From Lama guanicoe (Eukaryota): 64,000 nt of DNA. Of this stretch, positions 11,506 through 25,649 are shown piece after piece. Position 1 is the stretch's first letter. Each line of letters begins with the position of its first letter. The stretch covers positions 186,001-250,000 of the forward strand of contig MU053304.1 in the NCBI GenBank assembly GCA_013239625.1, read 5' to 3'. The notes beneath the pieces were generated by a model. That model was not told the DNA's origin and made no database searches. It saw only the letters and a list, made by a program, of their open reading frames with translations. The position numbers and the translations under genes were made by a program.

Positions 11506-12729
11506 ATGAAATGATTCTGATTTGGCCTTCTCATACATAAACAACAGACTGACAAGTCTCATGATTCTTAACACTTTACAAATGCATAAAAAGGTTTTCA
11601 GATATTAGACTGTGATGCTAAGTGAGGGCAATGTGAAGAAAAAAGCAAGGAATTGGGCCAGAAGGTGTTTCGATCTTTCTAATTAAAAGAGTGACAAACT
11701 GACAAGTCCAAGCTTTTCTATCTCGGAATGGAGGGCCACAGAAATTTACATTTTCCAACAAGAACTCAATGAAAATTGTAATATATACTTATAAAAGAAA
11801 ACAATTACCCTCAGATCTCTCAAAATCAATTAACATGGAAAACTTACTTCACAGACCCCTCTCCCCAATGAAACGTAGAAATGACAACACATGTCCTCAC
11901 AGGGGCAAGGTAACATTCATGTTATCATCATCTGCTATGCAGCAAGTCTGCCAGCCCAAGCAAGTCTCTCACTCTGAAATAAAGCTAATGAAACTGTATG
12001 GTACCAGAGCATTTTCACAGTATGTTCACATACATCACCCCTTTTAATCCACACCATAACTTCATACAATAGGTAGAGTAGACACTATTATTCCAGTTTC
12101 ACCAAGGAAGTAGGAGTAGTGAAGGGGCAGTCAGTTGATGACCGCATGCAAGGATCCTGATGCTGACTGTATTGACCTGTTCTCCACACAAGCAAGAATC
12201 AGAGCATTATGGGAAGAGCCATGAAAACCTACATCAAAATATTGCTTAAGTAGCCATGGGACTCCCTGAATGCTGAAGTCAACCCAATAAAGGTCCTGAA
12301 AGTCTGTGGTGTGTCAGGCACTGAAAATGACCCTCTGTCCTTGGAAAGTTCATGTGCTAGAAATGAGACAAAGATGCAAACAAACATTGAAAGTACATGG
12401 TGTTGGTGACTGCTGGCAAGCAGTACATCCAATGGCAGTGAGAAGGGAGCCAGGCAGTTGAACCCCTGAGTTGAAAATGAGAAGGCTGAGTAGGAGCTGG
12501 CTAGATGGACGTGCATGGGGAGTATTCCAGAAAGGGAGACGACAGTGTGCAAAGGCACAAAATCAAGAGCAAAATGAGAAAGACAAAGGTTCTATGTGTC
12601 TAAACATGTTGCAGAGACCAGACCATGAAAGGCCTCACATGACATGAAGAGCATGCATTTTATATTTTAGGGATGGAAAGTAACAGAAAATTCTGAGAAT
12701 AACATGATCAGAATTATATTTGATGAGGA

Positions 12730-13930
12730 GTCAAGGGTTAGTCTATTGCTCCTTTGAAGATAATCTTTTTCTCTAGCTGCTTTTAAGATTTTCCCTTTAG
12801 TTTTCTGTAGTTTCATCTTGATGTATCTAAGTTTGGATTTTTTTGTTTTGTTCATTCTACTTGCAATCATTGGTCTTAAATGTGTGGTTTGGTATCTCAC
12901 CTGTTATGGAAAATCTCAGCCATTATCTTCAGATTCCGCCTTTGCTCGTTTTCTCTCTCATCTCCTTCAGAGATCTCTAATTAAACTAGTTAGACCTCAC
13001 TCTATTCTCTACATCTCTTACCCTCTTTCTCTGCATTTTCTATCTGTCCCTCCATGCTATACTCTGAGTAAGGTTTTCTTACTATCTTCCAGTTTAACTT
13101 TGTCTTCAGCTTTATTCAATCTTCTGTTAAATCCATCCTTGAGGCTTTTGTCTTTTAACTATTTAACAGAATGGACACTTTTTCTTATCCACTGAGTTTT
13201 TAATTTCATTATTGTTATGTTCATTTCTAAAAGTTTTACTTGGTTCTTTTTTTAATTTGCTATGTCACATTTCACAGTTTCCTATTCTTTGCAGATGTCT
13301 TCAAGCTTATCTTTAATTTCTTTAAACACAGTATTCTTTTTTATAGATGGCAATGATTCCAACACACAATGACACTTATGAAGGGTTGTTTCTGTTGTTT
13401 GTGATTGCTGATAGTTCTTGCCCTTGGACTATGGTTTCCTTGGGTGCCTGGTTATATTTATGTGCTGGTCACTGAATAATTTGAGGCTTAGGTTAAAGAA
13501 ACCTTCCTTTTGAAAGAATTTCCACTTGATTTTTGCTAGATACCCACAGGCACTACCAGCCCATAAACCAATGCAAGACTTGAGATTCCTTGGTTGACCC
13601 AGTCAGCTTGAACCTGGGCTACAATTCCACATGGAAGCTGGTGTGTTCCAGGTCTATCCTCACCCTGATGGTGTAGTCCCCTGGGGTCCAGCTTCTTGCG
13701 AGGACTCTGGGCTTTATTTCTGTCCCCACAACCTCTGGTCAAGCCTGCCCTCTTGTATGGGTTCTCCATTCTAATTTTAACCTGATAATGCCTGTCAGCT
13801 CTTCAATGCTTTAAGAAGTAGGGTTTGTTCGGGGTTTTTTTTTTTATTATTTTATCTAAGTATTTTTGGTTGTTTCAGTGTGAAGGTGTGTACCTGACTA
13901 ACAGCCCACCATTACTATCAACAGAAAGTC
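12730..13930 (-). mobile_element. Ancient L1M/HAL1 ORF1 and 5' remnant
   Basis: ORF 12667..12900 contains the ORF1p-like MKLQKTKGKILKAAREK. The element ends near cagaaagtc (13930). Confidence 0.75.
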
Positions 13931-14149
13931 ACTAGGTTTGTATTTTAGACGTATTTTTCAGAGGCACTGTAGAAAACAGTCAGTAAGCAGTGACAGGTAT
14001 GAGACCAGGGAAGGGGCAGTGGTGATCTGCACAGGAAACACAACAAGAAGACAGTAAGGAAGCTACTGGGATAGTGCCTGATGCTACATTAAGGCAGAAG
14101 CAGAAGGGATGGAGAGAAGAGGCAGGTATTCTCCCATTTATTTTTCTCA

Positions 14150-14935
14150 GCAATACCATGAAGGAAGTATCACTATTTTGGCTTTCAGAGAATAGCAATC
14201 AGCAGTTCAAAGAGGTAAAGTAACTTATCCCAGGGGTCATCCAAGGAGATGGTTAGTAGAGGCAGCATCAGAACCCAGTAAGACTCCAAGTCCCAACTCT
14301 TCTCACCACAGTATGATGAGATCTGGAAGAAAGACAGGTGCATGTGGGTGGGTTCCAGTGAGGACGGGAGAGTTGCCAAAATGTTTACAATTCAGCTACA
14401 GAATTTGAAAGATTTTAAATCTTAGAAGATGTCCAGTGATGAACAGCTCTCTATATAACTTCACTGCTTCCACTCATAGAAATGACAGAGTAGTTAAAAG
14501 CATCAGCTTTGGAGTCACAAGACCTAAAATCAAACCTAGGTCCTGTGACTTGAACTATGTGGCTTTGAACAAGTTACTCCCTCTATTTCCTCCTTTGTAA
14601 ATCAGGAATAGCTTACGTGGGTCATGTTTACATGTAGTGCCCCAGCACAAAGTACATTAACAAAAGTTGTTAGATACCACTAATGTTGCTGTTGTCATGG
14701 TTATTATTACTAGCTTTGGTAATGAGTTTTGAACGACTCCAACCCTGTTACCTTGGACACAAGCGACTGGACAGGACTGGTATACAGGACGATGGCAACA
14801 TTATAAAATGGGTCACATTTCCTCATTTGTAAAATGTAACCCCTCTTTACAGGGTTAATGGGAAGATTAAATAAATTAACATGTCTAAAAGTGCTACAGT
14901 GGCTAGAACACAGTAAGCACTCAGTAACTGCGGTA
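14150..14935. mobile_element. Cluster of MIR fragments (14150-14310 minus; 14485-14705 and 14812-14935 plus)
   Basis: MIR core motifs such as ttcctcatttgtaaaatg, gattaaataaattaacatgt and cacagtaagcactca. Confidence 0.7.
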
Positions 14936-15370
14936 TAAAATATATTTAAGTTGCATTTTACTTTTCTGTATGCTTGGTACATTCTGTGCAAAATAAGGAG
15001 GAATAAGAGATGGTGCCATATAGGCAGGCTGAGGCCAGATCAACACTGAAAAATCTGAATCTATCCCAAAGGCAATGGAGACATATAGAAGAAAGTAGGC
15101 AAGAGACTAACATGACTTGTGCTTTAAGAAACGTATCCTGGTTGCTGTTTGGGGAACAGATTTAGGAGAAGTGAAACTGGAGGCAGAAAGGCCAGTTAGC
15201 AGGTTAAGGCAATATATCAGACTAGTGGCAGAGGGAATGGAGGGTTCTAGATACAGAGGTATTTAAAAAGAAGAACTGACAAGATTACTTAGATGCTACT
15301 GGGGAACTGGAGGCAGGGGAGGCTACTTGGGGTAGAGTAAGGAATGGGAAATTTTTTTCATTTCCTTATA

Positions 15371-15552
15371 ACAGAAGTTCTCAAAGTATAGTTTGATCAG
15401 CAACATCAGCATTACCTGGAGACTCTCAGAAATGCAAATTCTCAGGCCCTATTCCAGATCTACTGACTTAGAACCTCTGGCGGGTGGAGCCCAAAAATCT
15501 GAACAAGCCTTCCAGGAGACTCTGATGCCCACTAAAGTGGAGAGCCACTGCT
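15371..15552. mobile_element. MER5A-like hAT-Charlie MITE inside antisense L2 fragments (about 15000-16330)
   Basis: gttctcaaagt...cagcattacctgg...agaaatgcaaattctcaggccc...gagagccactg. Confidence 0.8.
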
Positions 15553-16574
15553 CTAGACAAATAAGCAATGAGCCACCGTAGGAAGAGCATCTTCAGGCAA
15601 TCAGGAGGGGATGTAAGTTCAGTCGGACTTAGTGAGTTTGAGGTGTTGGATACTAGATCTGATACTTAAGAGGAAATGAGGGTGCTGCCTGTGTACAGAG
15701 GGCAAACGAACAAGCGGACTGGCTCCCTCGGAGATGTTTCAGAATCAGAAGGGAAGAGAACCTAGGACAGAGCAGTAAGGAACATTATTTAAGTAAGCAT
15801 AAGTAGAAACATTTCCAAAGGAAACTGAGGCGTGATCAGAAAGGTAGGAGAAATATCAGGCCAATGTGAGGTCAAAGAAAGAAAGCATTTCCATAAGGAA
15901 AGTATGGTCAGCAGTGTAGACTTAGTGACAAGGTCACAGGCAAACCTCATGAGACTAGTTTTAAAGAAGGAAATGGACTGGAGTCAGAATGGCGTGTAGA
16001 GGAAGTGAGTGCAAGGTGAGCGGTGGAGGTGAGGGTGTGCACTGGGTTCTGGGAGGCTGGCTGGGAAGGAGTGGAATAGCACCGGGTGGGAGCTGTCAGT
16101 GGAGAAAGAAATCACAACATGGTTTCCTTATTTTTTTAAGATAAGGGAAGCTTGGATACAGCTAATTGCTGAAAGGAAAGAACAACTAAAGAAGGTGCGG
16201 TCAAACGGAGCACAGTTAGGAAAGGGAGGGTGCACTGGGCAGGAAGGGATGGAATCCAGAACCCAGGGAAAGGATTAACCTCAGGCAGCAGGGCAGAGAG
16301 ATGTCAACTTCATTGTATCAAAATAAAGGGAGGAGGGAATGAGTCCAGAAAGAAGCCATTCATAGGTCTGGCCGTGGAAAGTTTAGGGGGGTTCCACAGG
16401 GGAAGGCGGGGGGGCGGTCACAACAGTTTTTTGTTTTTTGAAACACAGAAGTCAATTAATCCACTGAAAAATGCTAGAGGAGGTGGAGGATACCCAACAC
16501 ATTCAGAGCTGGGTTCCACAATTCCAGGGGAGGATCACATACGAATGTTGTCCCAAAACAGTGGCCCCGAATGT

Positions 16575-16880
16575 GCCAGGTACTGTGCTCTATGCATTCA
16601 AAATAGTAATAGTACCCAGTTATTACTGCGCCCCTGTGGCACACCCCCGGTACTGTGTCAGGTGATTTACATGCACTACCACATTTAATATTCTTCAATA
16701 ATCCAATGAGGTAGGCGGGTATTACCATGCCAGTTTTAGAGATGAAGCTCTAAAAGGTCATTTAGGAAGTGAGGCTCACAAAGATCAAATACCATGCTTG
16801 CCCATGGATATCAGTTAGCAAGCGGCAAGGGCAGCATCCAAACATGAAGCCTCATTCTCTTCCCCTGATGCCACACAACC
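16575..16880 (-). mobile_element. MIR fragment
   Basis: catttaatattcttcaataatccaatgaggtagg...gttttagagatgaag. Confidence 0.6.
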
Positions 16881-18781
16881 TTCAGGATTTGAACAGGATC
16901 AACGGAAGTGAGAACAGAAAAGAAAACATAATTTTTGAGAGATGTGCCTCAGTGATAGGATACTGGAGAAGTCAGTCAACTCTTGAGCTCATTTTGAGTT
17001 TGGGGTGACAGTAAGATATGAGGATGGCGGTGTTTTCTACCCAAGCTGGAGAGATTTTTCTACTTTCCGGCAGAGGTCGGGAGTATCAATTAGATGATAA
17101 CACTGTCTGAAAGTAGACATGTGTAGAGACTGGGGAGAGACAGACTTAACACAAGAGTAACAGGATGAATAAATGAATGAAAAGAAAGCTAAGACTCAAG
17201 AATTAAAAGGAAAAATAAACTCTTCACTACCGAAATTTCCTCCACTGTTCTAACTTACAGACTAGTGAGAGATTAAGAACAAGGGTACTCATTGGGGCAG
17301 GATTTGGTCACCCTTCTCACCAGGCTGACCATGCAGATACCTGCAGGTTCCTGAGTTGGAGCAATGCCCTGGAGAGCATGGTTTTCAGACCCAAACCTAA
17401 GTCCTTCACAGGGTCTTTTTCTCAGATGGGGCTTTGCACAGATTCCCATTCCCAGCTGTTAACTGTATTAATTACATCATCAGCATTGCTTTTCTCTGAG
17501 CACTCTCTGCTCCAAATCTTTCTCTTGCCCAGGAGAAACCACTTTTAAATGTCTTTCTACTAAAGCTTTAATTGGCTTTTAGCTTCATGGCTCCCAAAAG
17601 ACCCAAAATGTAGGCACACACACTTATGTGCTCCCATCTACAGCTGGCTTTAACTTACTAATTCTGCATCTTTCCCCAGCAGATAAATGACTCCTCAAAG
17701 TTTAAGCTGACTTCCATGTGAGTTTTTCTTAAAGGGACCAAACTTGATCTGTTACTGTGATACCTTTTCAACACTAGAAAATAGTGTTTACTAAAATCTG
17801 ACAACTATTTTTTTAACTTGTCTTCTACAGGTTAGCTATCCATCAAAACTTAAAAAAATGAAAAGGGTGCTGAGCCATCTTAGAGGGTTAAGAAGAGACT
17901 GGCTCAAAGCATGGGAAGCTAAAGAAAATAAGTTTTGCTGTGTTTTGAGTCTGTGATCCCACATTTATCAAACATATTTTGTCTTTCTCATGTTCCAAGT
18001 CTCTTAAAGCACATGTGATATTTCACCTTATTGAACATTTCCAACAGAGATAATAAGATCCAGCCCACTGCTTAGGCAAAAGGGAAAGAACTAAAATGCT
18101 GCTTCTCCAAGAGTCAGTCCTATTTATCAATTCATCTACCGTGACCTAAAAATAGCAGGACCCCAAAATGATCATTACCAGGCAAATGAAAACAATTTAA
18201 AGAAGAAAAAAATGATTTTTATAGACTTTATCATTTCTGAGACCCATCAGGCCCTCTGGGAAACAGAACAATGTACCTCCCCAAAACCAGCTAATGTTTG
18301 AAGCATCTTCAGTGGAAAATTGCTTCTCCTTAATAAGGTAACAAATTTTAGATCTAAATGCAAATCAGGCAGATCACTCCAGCCAGGTAATACAGACATG
18401 GATGAGTCATTGCTTTTGATGCCAAATTGGCAAATCTGAAAGTTTTAGAATGGATCCTACGTGGCTGCTGTGGAGAAAAAGGATTCAGGTGTCAAAACAG
18501 GAGAGCAACTAGTTTGGTCCTTCTTCACTTTCAAAGAAGGAAAAGAAGGGTAATCTTGTGCAGAACACTTGCTGAGTACAAGACTCTGATCTGGGGGTTG
18601 CAAATGGATGAAAGATGAACAAAAACAGTTATATGAGAGAAATAAAGAAAATATTCAACCATAATAATATCAGTCATGGAATATGAACTGGGAAAAAAAA
18701 GTGTGTAAAGAAGAGTCACAGAAAGGAAAGATCACATATTTAGTTGGGAGAACTAAGTTAAGGCTCAGGGAGAAAACATCG

Positions 18782-20250
18782 TGTGGTGAGCAGATTCTAT
18801 GATGGCCCCTGGTGGTCCTCACACCTCCTAGCCTTCCCATCTGTTGTATAATTAACTCCCTTTGAGTGTGGCCAGGACCTACGACTTGCTTCTAACCAAC
18901 AGAATATGGCCAATATGATGTGCTGTCACTTCCATGATTAGGTTACATAGGACTCTAACTTTCACTTTAATAACAGACTCTCTTCCTTGCTGGATCTGAT
19001 GCAGCCAGCTGCCATATGGAGAGGCCCAAGCAGCAAGAAACTGAGGGCAGCCACCTGCCAGCAGCCAGCAAGGAACTGAGGTCCTCAGTCCAAAAGCCCA
19101 CAAGGAACTGAATCTGGCCAACAACCATATAAGCCTGGAAGAAGTTCCTTTCCCAGCAGAGCCTTCAGATAATCAACACCTTGATGGCAGCCTTGTGAGA
19201 AACCCTGAAGCAGAGGACTGCACTGGGCCATGCCCAGATTCCTGATTAAAGGGAAACTGTTTCCTGTACTCACAACACTTAGGATACCAAATGTACAGGT
19301 TTCCCACACCAAGTAACTCTCCAGTTCCCTGTGGACTCCACCCGGATGTCCTATAATTTAATTCAATTCTGACACTACCTACCTGAAATTAATACAGACC
19401 TCACAGGTTCAGTGCTCATTCCCACGAGACTGCCCCGACTTCAGACACCAAATGAAAGGAGTGGGTCTCACTCTAAGTTGGCTACAAACCGAGGGGAGTT
19501 CCCATGACTCTCTCCTTAGGTTCAGTCATTTGTTATAATGGTTCACAGAACTCAGGGCAACACTCAACTTAAATTTACTGGTTTAGTACAAAGGATATCA
19601 CAAAGGATACAGCCAAAGAGGTACACTAGGAGGCCCAGAAGGATCCCAAGCACAGGAGATTCTGTGGATATATTTACCAACCCAGAAGCCCTCTAAATCC
19701 TATAGCTCAGAAAATTTTACGAAGGCTTCCTCATGAAAGAATAATCAATTACTGACTCAATCTCCAGCCCCTCTTCCCTCCCTGAAGGACAGGAGTGGGA
19801 CTGAAAATTTCAAGCTTCTAACCATGGCCTGAAATGATTACAATCATTTCATAACACCCCATCCTGAAGCTATCCAGCAGTCCACCAAGAGCTGCCTCAT
19901 AGAACAATAGATGCTCCTATTACTCAGGAAATTCCAAGAGATTTAGGAGCTCTGTGTAAGGTGCTCCTCTCACCCCCATCACTCAGGAAATTACAACAGT
20001 TTCAGGAGCTCTGTGTCAAGGAACCAGGGTCAAACATCAAATATTAGAACAAAAGGTGCTCCTAGCACCCATATCACTCAGGAAATTACAAGGGCTGAAT
20101 CACCCATATCACTCAGGAAATTACAAGCCAAATATATATTTTGTATTATGCTACACTGACCCACAGAAATGTGAGATAGTAAACTATGTGAGATAGATAA
20201 GCCACTAAGTTTGTGGCAATTTGTTACAAGGCAATAAATAATGAATACAC
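18782..20250 (+). mobile_element. MLT1E/F-like MaLR LTR split by an ERV1 LTR (pieces 18782-19245 and 20156-20250)
   Basis: Starts tgtggtgagcagattctatgatggccc. Internal cagccagcaaggaactgagg. Resumes ctgacccacagaa...aagccactaagtttgtgg...ttgttac after the insert. Confidence 0.85.
19246..20155. mobile_element. MER21-like ERV1 solo LTR with 4-bp TSD (ctga)
   Basis: MER21-like motifs aattcaattctgacactacctacctg, gactgccccgacttcagacacca and tcaggaaattccaag. ctga at 19242-19245 and 20156-20159; ends ...ctaca. Confidence 0.8.
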
Positions 20251-22269
20251 ATCTAAAATGACAGTTGACATTTGAAGGTTAGAGGAATTTTCACAAGAGA
20301 AGGGGAATTAGGCAGCATTCATGGCAGAAAAGAAAAGGCGCAGAGATACAAAGGCAGAAGAGGGAACGGAGTGCTTAGGAGAATACTAAATTCGGTTTGG
20401 TTGGACATGAGGTCTGAGTGGGCAGGTACAAGAACATAGGCTGGAGAGGCAGGCAGGAGACCCCTGGTGGACAAGGGGAGCCCAAAAGAGCCATTAGAGC
20501 TCATCACTGGCATCATGTGGTCCAAGTATCTCCATAGGAAGATTCATTTGACACTTGCTTCAAGAGGCAACAGGCTTCAAAAAATGATTTAGAAAATGCC
20601 CTTAAAGAAATGTTATGCTTTATCCTTTTTAAGGTACTTTCCCTTCCATTACCTCATTTGATTTATGCAAGAACCTGTGAAGAAGTGAAGGCAGGTATTT
20701 ATTATGAAGGTCTTTTTTTTAACAAATAAGGAAAACGAAGCACCAAGAGGCAAGAATGACTGGCAAAACTCTTGTTCAGTACTTTTCGGATTCCTACTAG
20801 GAGGGTGCCACATTTTGTTGGCTCCCCCTTTCCTGGTGGAGATGCAAACAGGGCTAGCCAGACAAGTTTGGATTCTGGCCCCAGTGCACCAGGCTGGGCC
20901 CAAGGAGCATTTATACCTGGAACAGTAGGTGCAATGAGGCCTGTGTGAACTGCAGAGTCAAGAATACTGTAGTCTAATCCACAGAGGTTTATATCAAAGG
21001 AGCTTTGAAACAAGGAGGGTCGAAATGAGCATCATTTCCCAAGTCAATTCTATCAAGTTCATACTCGACTGCTGCCTCTGACTCAAGCAAATGAGTCAGA
21101 GCTGAGAGGACTGGCCAAATACAGGTCAGCTAACTGGGAGCAGAGATGAGAGACTTCACCATGCTGAGTTTTACTCAGAGGCCTAGTGAAAGGGTGTGCA
21201 GGAACCCACTTGAAGGGATAGGAGTGACTCATTAATTTTTTAGTAGTTTCTAAAGCAATATCTGAAAACCAGGGACAATTTTCTATTGAGAAATGTTAAA
21301 TAAGATCTGTCCTTAATGGTGGACATTCTGTATCCAGAGTAGGACAGCTATCAGTTCCCTCTTTCCATCCAGAGCCACACAAGCCAGTTTTTTCCCCTCA
21401 ATAGGCTTAGTTGGAATATTCAACAGCTTTTTGTAAAACTCAACAGGTTATAGTGACCATTATTTCATTAGTCAAGCCAAGATTTCCCCTGATATGTTGC
21501 TGCATAACTTGAAAAAACTAGTTGGTAGTTCTCAAGGGAGAATGGGCATAATTTAGAAAGACACAAAGGGGAAATCAATGCGAAGATGAATGTGCAGGCT
21601 CGTAACTCTGCATAGTGGCAATGAAAGGGTCTCTACCAAACCAAAAATATGCATGAAACCTTATGGGAAGCAGGTTAAACACTAAGTTACAAAAAAAAAA
21701 AAGGCTTCATTATTCAACTGAATACACTGGCATATGCTGACTAGAGGGATGAATAGGGAAGAGCTACTTAACTAGGTCTTCCCTTCTTGGAGTCTCAAGA
21801 CCTGAAAACTGCCTTCACAGGCAACAGTGCTCAGAATCCCAGTTCAAGGGAAGTGGAGATGAAGACATGAACCATCCCCACCTATAGCTGATTCTGTTTT
21901 CCAGTTCAATGAATACCAAATTCAACTCTTCTCTTTTGATCCATTCTTTCAAAATAATGGTTAAATGCAAAACCAACAAACAAAAAACCTCCCCTGAATA
22001 AAGGTTATTTTAAATAATTGTGAGAATCAGTCTTTTTAAATGAAAACAATCTTTAATCATTCGATATCCACAAAGGAAAGAGAGGCATTCCTTTGTTTCT
22101 TGAAAATACTCATCACTTCCTTCTCAGTTCTGTACACATTTCTGTTTGGTTTGTATAAGGCTCTCAAAATCTTTATCAGTTACTTCCCAACCGCCACCCT
22201 TGCCCCTGAGTTTGCCATATATACCAGCTTATGCCTTGGTTTTATAGGATACTGACTACTTCAGATAAT

Positions 22270-22960
22270 TCTAACTGTGGACCATGTACTTGATAATCTT
22301 ATCAACTTCCCATAGCTTCAACTGATAATATTCAGATCAATAACTTACCATCCCCTCTCTGGGTCTATACTTCTATTTCCAATCGCCCACTGGATGTCAT
22401 AACCTAAATGTCCCCCACATAATTCAACATATGATCAGATTCATAGTCCATCTTGCACCTGGTCTTATTTCTTTCATTTAAAAACGTCAGCACCAGTGCA
22501 ACTGCTAAACTAGGTATCAAATTAATCTCATTCTTGAATGCTCCTCTGCCTTAAGTTCCACATCTGATCTGCCATCGAATGCTATCAATTCCAGTTCTGA
22601 AATATCTTGCCTACCCATCCCTTCTTCTGCAGTTCAGCTGCCGTTGCTCTCAGTCAGGTCTTCAAGCATCTTAAATGGTCCCATGCCATGTCCCAATTTC
22701 TCTCCACTAACAATCAGTCTCCTTTCCTTAACAGCTTTGGATGACTTCCCACTATGCAGATCTCTTAGCAGCCACAGATAACTGGACAAAACTTCACCAC
22801 AGCTTATTTTTCTAGCTTTTTCTCCAGACTCCACACCATTCACTATTCCACTGCACTATTACTTGCATTCTACCTGCCATCCATCTCTGTGCCCCTGTTC
22901 ATACTAAGCGTATTTTTCACCCTTCTTCACCTGGAAAACTACCCATCCTTCAAGATCTAG
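22270..22960 (+). mobile_element. L2 fragment
   Basis: Pyrimidine-rich L2 body motifs (ccactggatgtc, cccatccttcaagatc). Confidence 0.55.
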
Positions 22961-23807
22961 AGAATAAACTGTCTTATTTTTCCCCCTCCTCCCTCCTCCT
23001 CCTTTCACCGTCTCCCACTTCTTCTCTGAATGGTCCCTCCTTCCCTCTGCAAATCTGTTCCTCTTCTCTATGTGCACTGTCTGTGCTTGCTAGCAGCCTC
23101 TGTTCCCTAATGACTCTGTCTCCAGCCCTCACTCCACATGACACCTTAACCCCAGAGTCCTCAAGCTGTGAAGAAAAAAATCTAATGGGTCACTGGCCAG
23201 TCAATGTGTTGATGTTGCTTGAGTCAGGAGTGCACTCATGATCCAACTAAGGTCCTGCAGACAAGGCAAACTGCATTTACCATTTTAATAAAGGAAATTC
23301 CCACTGAAGAGGACCAAGGCAGGTAAGATCCAGAACACGTATCTGTTACTGTGTCTCTCTTATGCAATAACTTCACCTCAAAGACAAGCATCTGGATTTT
23401 ACTCTATTCATCTTCCTTTTCCTAGTAAGTAGCAGAATGCCTGGTTTGTTATCCCCTGTGTATCTGCTTGGATGCTCTCAGTTGAGATGACAGAACATTC
23501 AATACAAACTGACTTATATCTCAAAGGTGACTCACTGGCTCATGCAATTAGAAGTCCAGAAATAAGGCAAGCCTCAGGGTCAGCTGATCCAGGACCCTGC
23601 CCACCAATGGCTGTAGGGCCCAGATTTTTTTCTGCTTCTCCACTCTTCTACCCTCAACACTTGGTTAGTCATAGGGTAGCTGCCAGGAGCAATTGGGGAT
23701 AAATGTTTCATGTTCCCATCCATCAGGAAACTACTTACATCTTAGAATTCTAAGCAGAAGTCACCCTGCTTAGGTCATGTGCCTATGGGAAGAGGAAATA
23801 GTATGAA

Positions 23808-23975
23808 GCTGCAATGTCGAATACATTATCCACAAGCCACATGTAGCTATTTAAAATAAAATTAATTAAAATGAAATATAATTAAAAATTCAGTTTCTCA
23901 GTCACATATTTCAAGTGCTCAACTTCCACAAACAGCTAGTGGCTACAGTACTGAACAGTACAGAAAGTTCTATTG
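23808..23975. mobile_element. MER3/MER33-like hAT MITE
   Basis: agccacatgtagctatttaaa...aaaattcagtttctcagtcac...tttcaagtgctcaa...gctagtggctac. Confidence 0.75.
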
Positions 23976-25515
23976 GCATAAGTGACTGATACAAGTAACC
24001 GATACAAGGTAACCAAAATTCAGCAACTGGGGTCAACTCAGCCCAAAGTCTAAGGAATGTAGGGAAGGAGTAGATGTCCAGATGAAAATCTGGGTGTATG
24101 GGAAAGGAAAAGAGGGAAACAGACACTAGGTGGGCATGAAAAATGCCCACTAAATTCTTACAGAAAGATATTAAACTGATCTGGCATGATTTGCTGTTCA
24201 AAAAATATAACCAACTTGTAGAAGTTGTCTCCTGTTATTATAGATATAAGGTGTTTTACTTTTATGAACTCACTAACTTCCTGTGGGACACTGGACAAGC
24301 CAAGCAACTTCTCTGAGTCTCAGTTTCCTCGTCTGTAAGACAAAAGGGGTGAACTAGATCAGTTGTTTCTAACCTTTTAATCAGAATAGAATGTTACAAT
24401 ACATTTTTTAAAGCTAAATTTGCCCAGGATCTCACACTTTGAAGTATTTTTAGTAACTTAAATGCATCAAAAATTAATTTGTCATCCTGTTTTTAATGAA
24501 AAACATATAACTGCTAATTAGAGCCCCTGATCAGCAAGAAAAGTCAGTGTTACCATAGTTGGTTGCTATCATTTGTATCAAAAGTAAAATAAGTTGATCT
24601 TTCAGTCTTATTTAAAGCAAACAATTTTCATTTAAGGTCATGAAATATTTATAAATAATTTAAGTACTCCACTGGAAGCCCCTAGGGGTGGACTACCGCT
24701 TATCAAGAAGAGTACTTGATCTTGTAGGACCCATACAGTTCCAGAATTCTATGACTTCTATGGCAATATAACTGTAAACACATATGACCCTTGTCATCAG
24801 CATGGACTGGCCTGACTTGGGGGATGAGTAGATGGACTAGGAAAAAAGATTCCTAGAGTGACCGGAAATAAGGAAAAATGATATAATCCCACAAAGTTGT
24901 TGATCTATATTTTTCATTACCAGTAAGCCCCCCAAAAGTGGATTATTAAATAATCCAGGGAGCCAAGTATAAACCTACTTAAACCGGACAGCAAGCAATC
25001 AGGAGCACAATACTGCAAAGGATACTAAAAGAGCCAGGGGAGGGTGACTTCGGAGACCTTCATGTCTTCCTTCACCTCAGCTGAGGAGCAGGGCAGGCAC
25101 ACGTAGTGACTGACATGCTAGAGGCCTGGGAACTCCTGTGTCCAGATAACAGCATGAACAATGTTTAATATAAATTATGTCCTTTTATTTACATTTCTAT
25201 TTCAACAATTTTTTGTTAAAGGTGCTAGCAAGAAGGCTGACAGGCATGTCTGTTCCTAGGTATTATAAGGAATGGATTGGGTCAGGGTATATTCTACAAA
25301 ATAAGTTACTTGTAACTTTAGAAAAATGTTATAAAACCCAAGCTCCCTAGGCCCATTGATACAATAAAGAGAAAATAGGTAGGAGAGACTCCATAATAAA
25401 AAATGAAAAGAGAAAGAAAAGGTCAAGCCAGAGGAAGAACTGGACAAGCTCTAGTTATATTTCAATAAAGAAAGGATGTAATTATTACTTTTTCAAGATT
25501 TCTTATAACTTAACA

Positions 25516-25605
25516 TAATAGTTATAGATTTAATATTAATATTTATGTATTAACTATTATGTATAATAGTTACATATTTAATACTAATAGTTATGTATTT
25601 AATAA
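25516..25605. repeat. Imperfect AT-rich 21-bp tandem repeat, 4 copies
   Basis: taatagttatagatttaatat / taatatttatgtattaactat / taatagttacatatttaatac / taatagttatgtatttaataa. Confidence 0.7.
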
Positions 25606-25649
25606 CAGAAGAATTTCCTTAAAATATCTACATTTCTCTAATAGCTAAG

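Noticed and set aside
16385..16417. G-quadruplex candidate
   Set aside because: The G runs are irregular and lie on the template strand within degraded repeat sequence; no supporting evidence of function.
19910..20130. CRISPR-like repeat-spacer array
   Set aside because: Eukaryotic intron, irregular spacing, related spacers, inside an LTR, and no cas genes.
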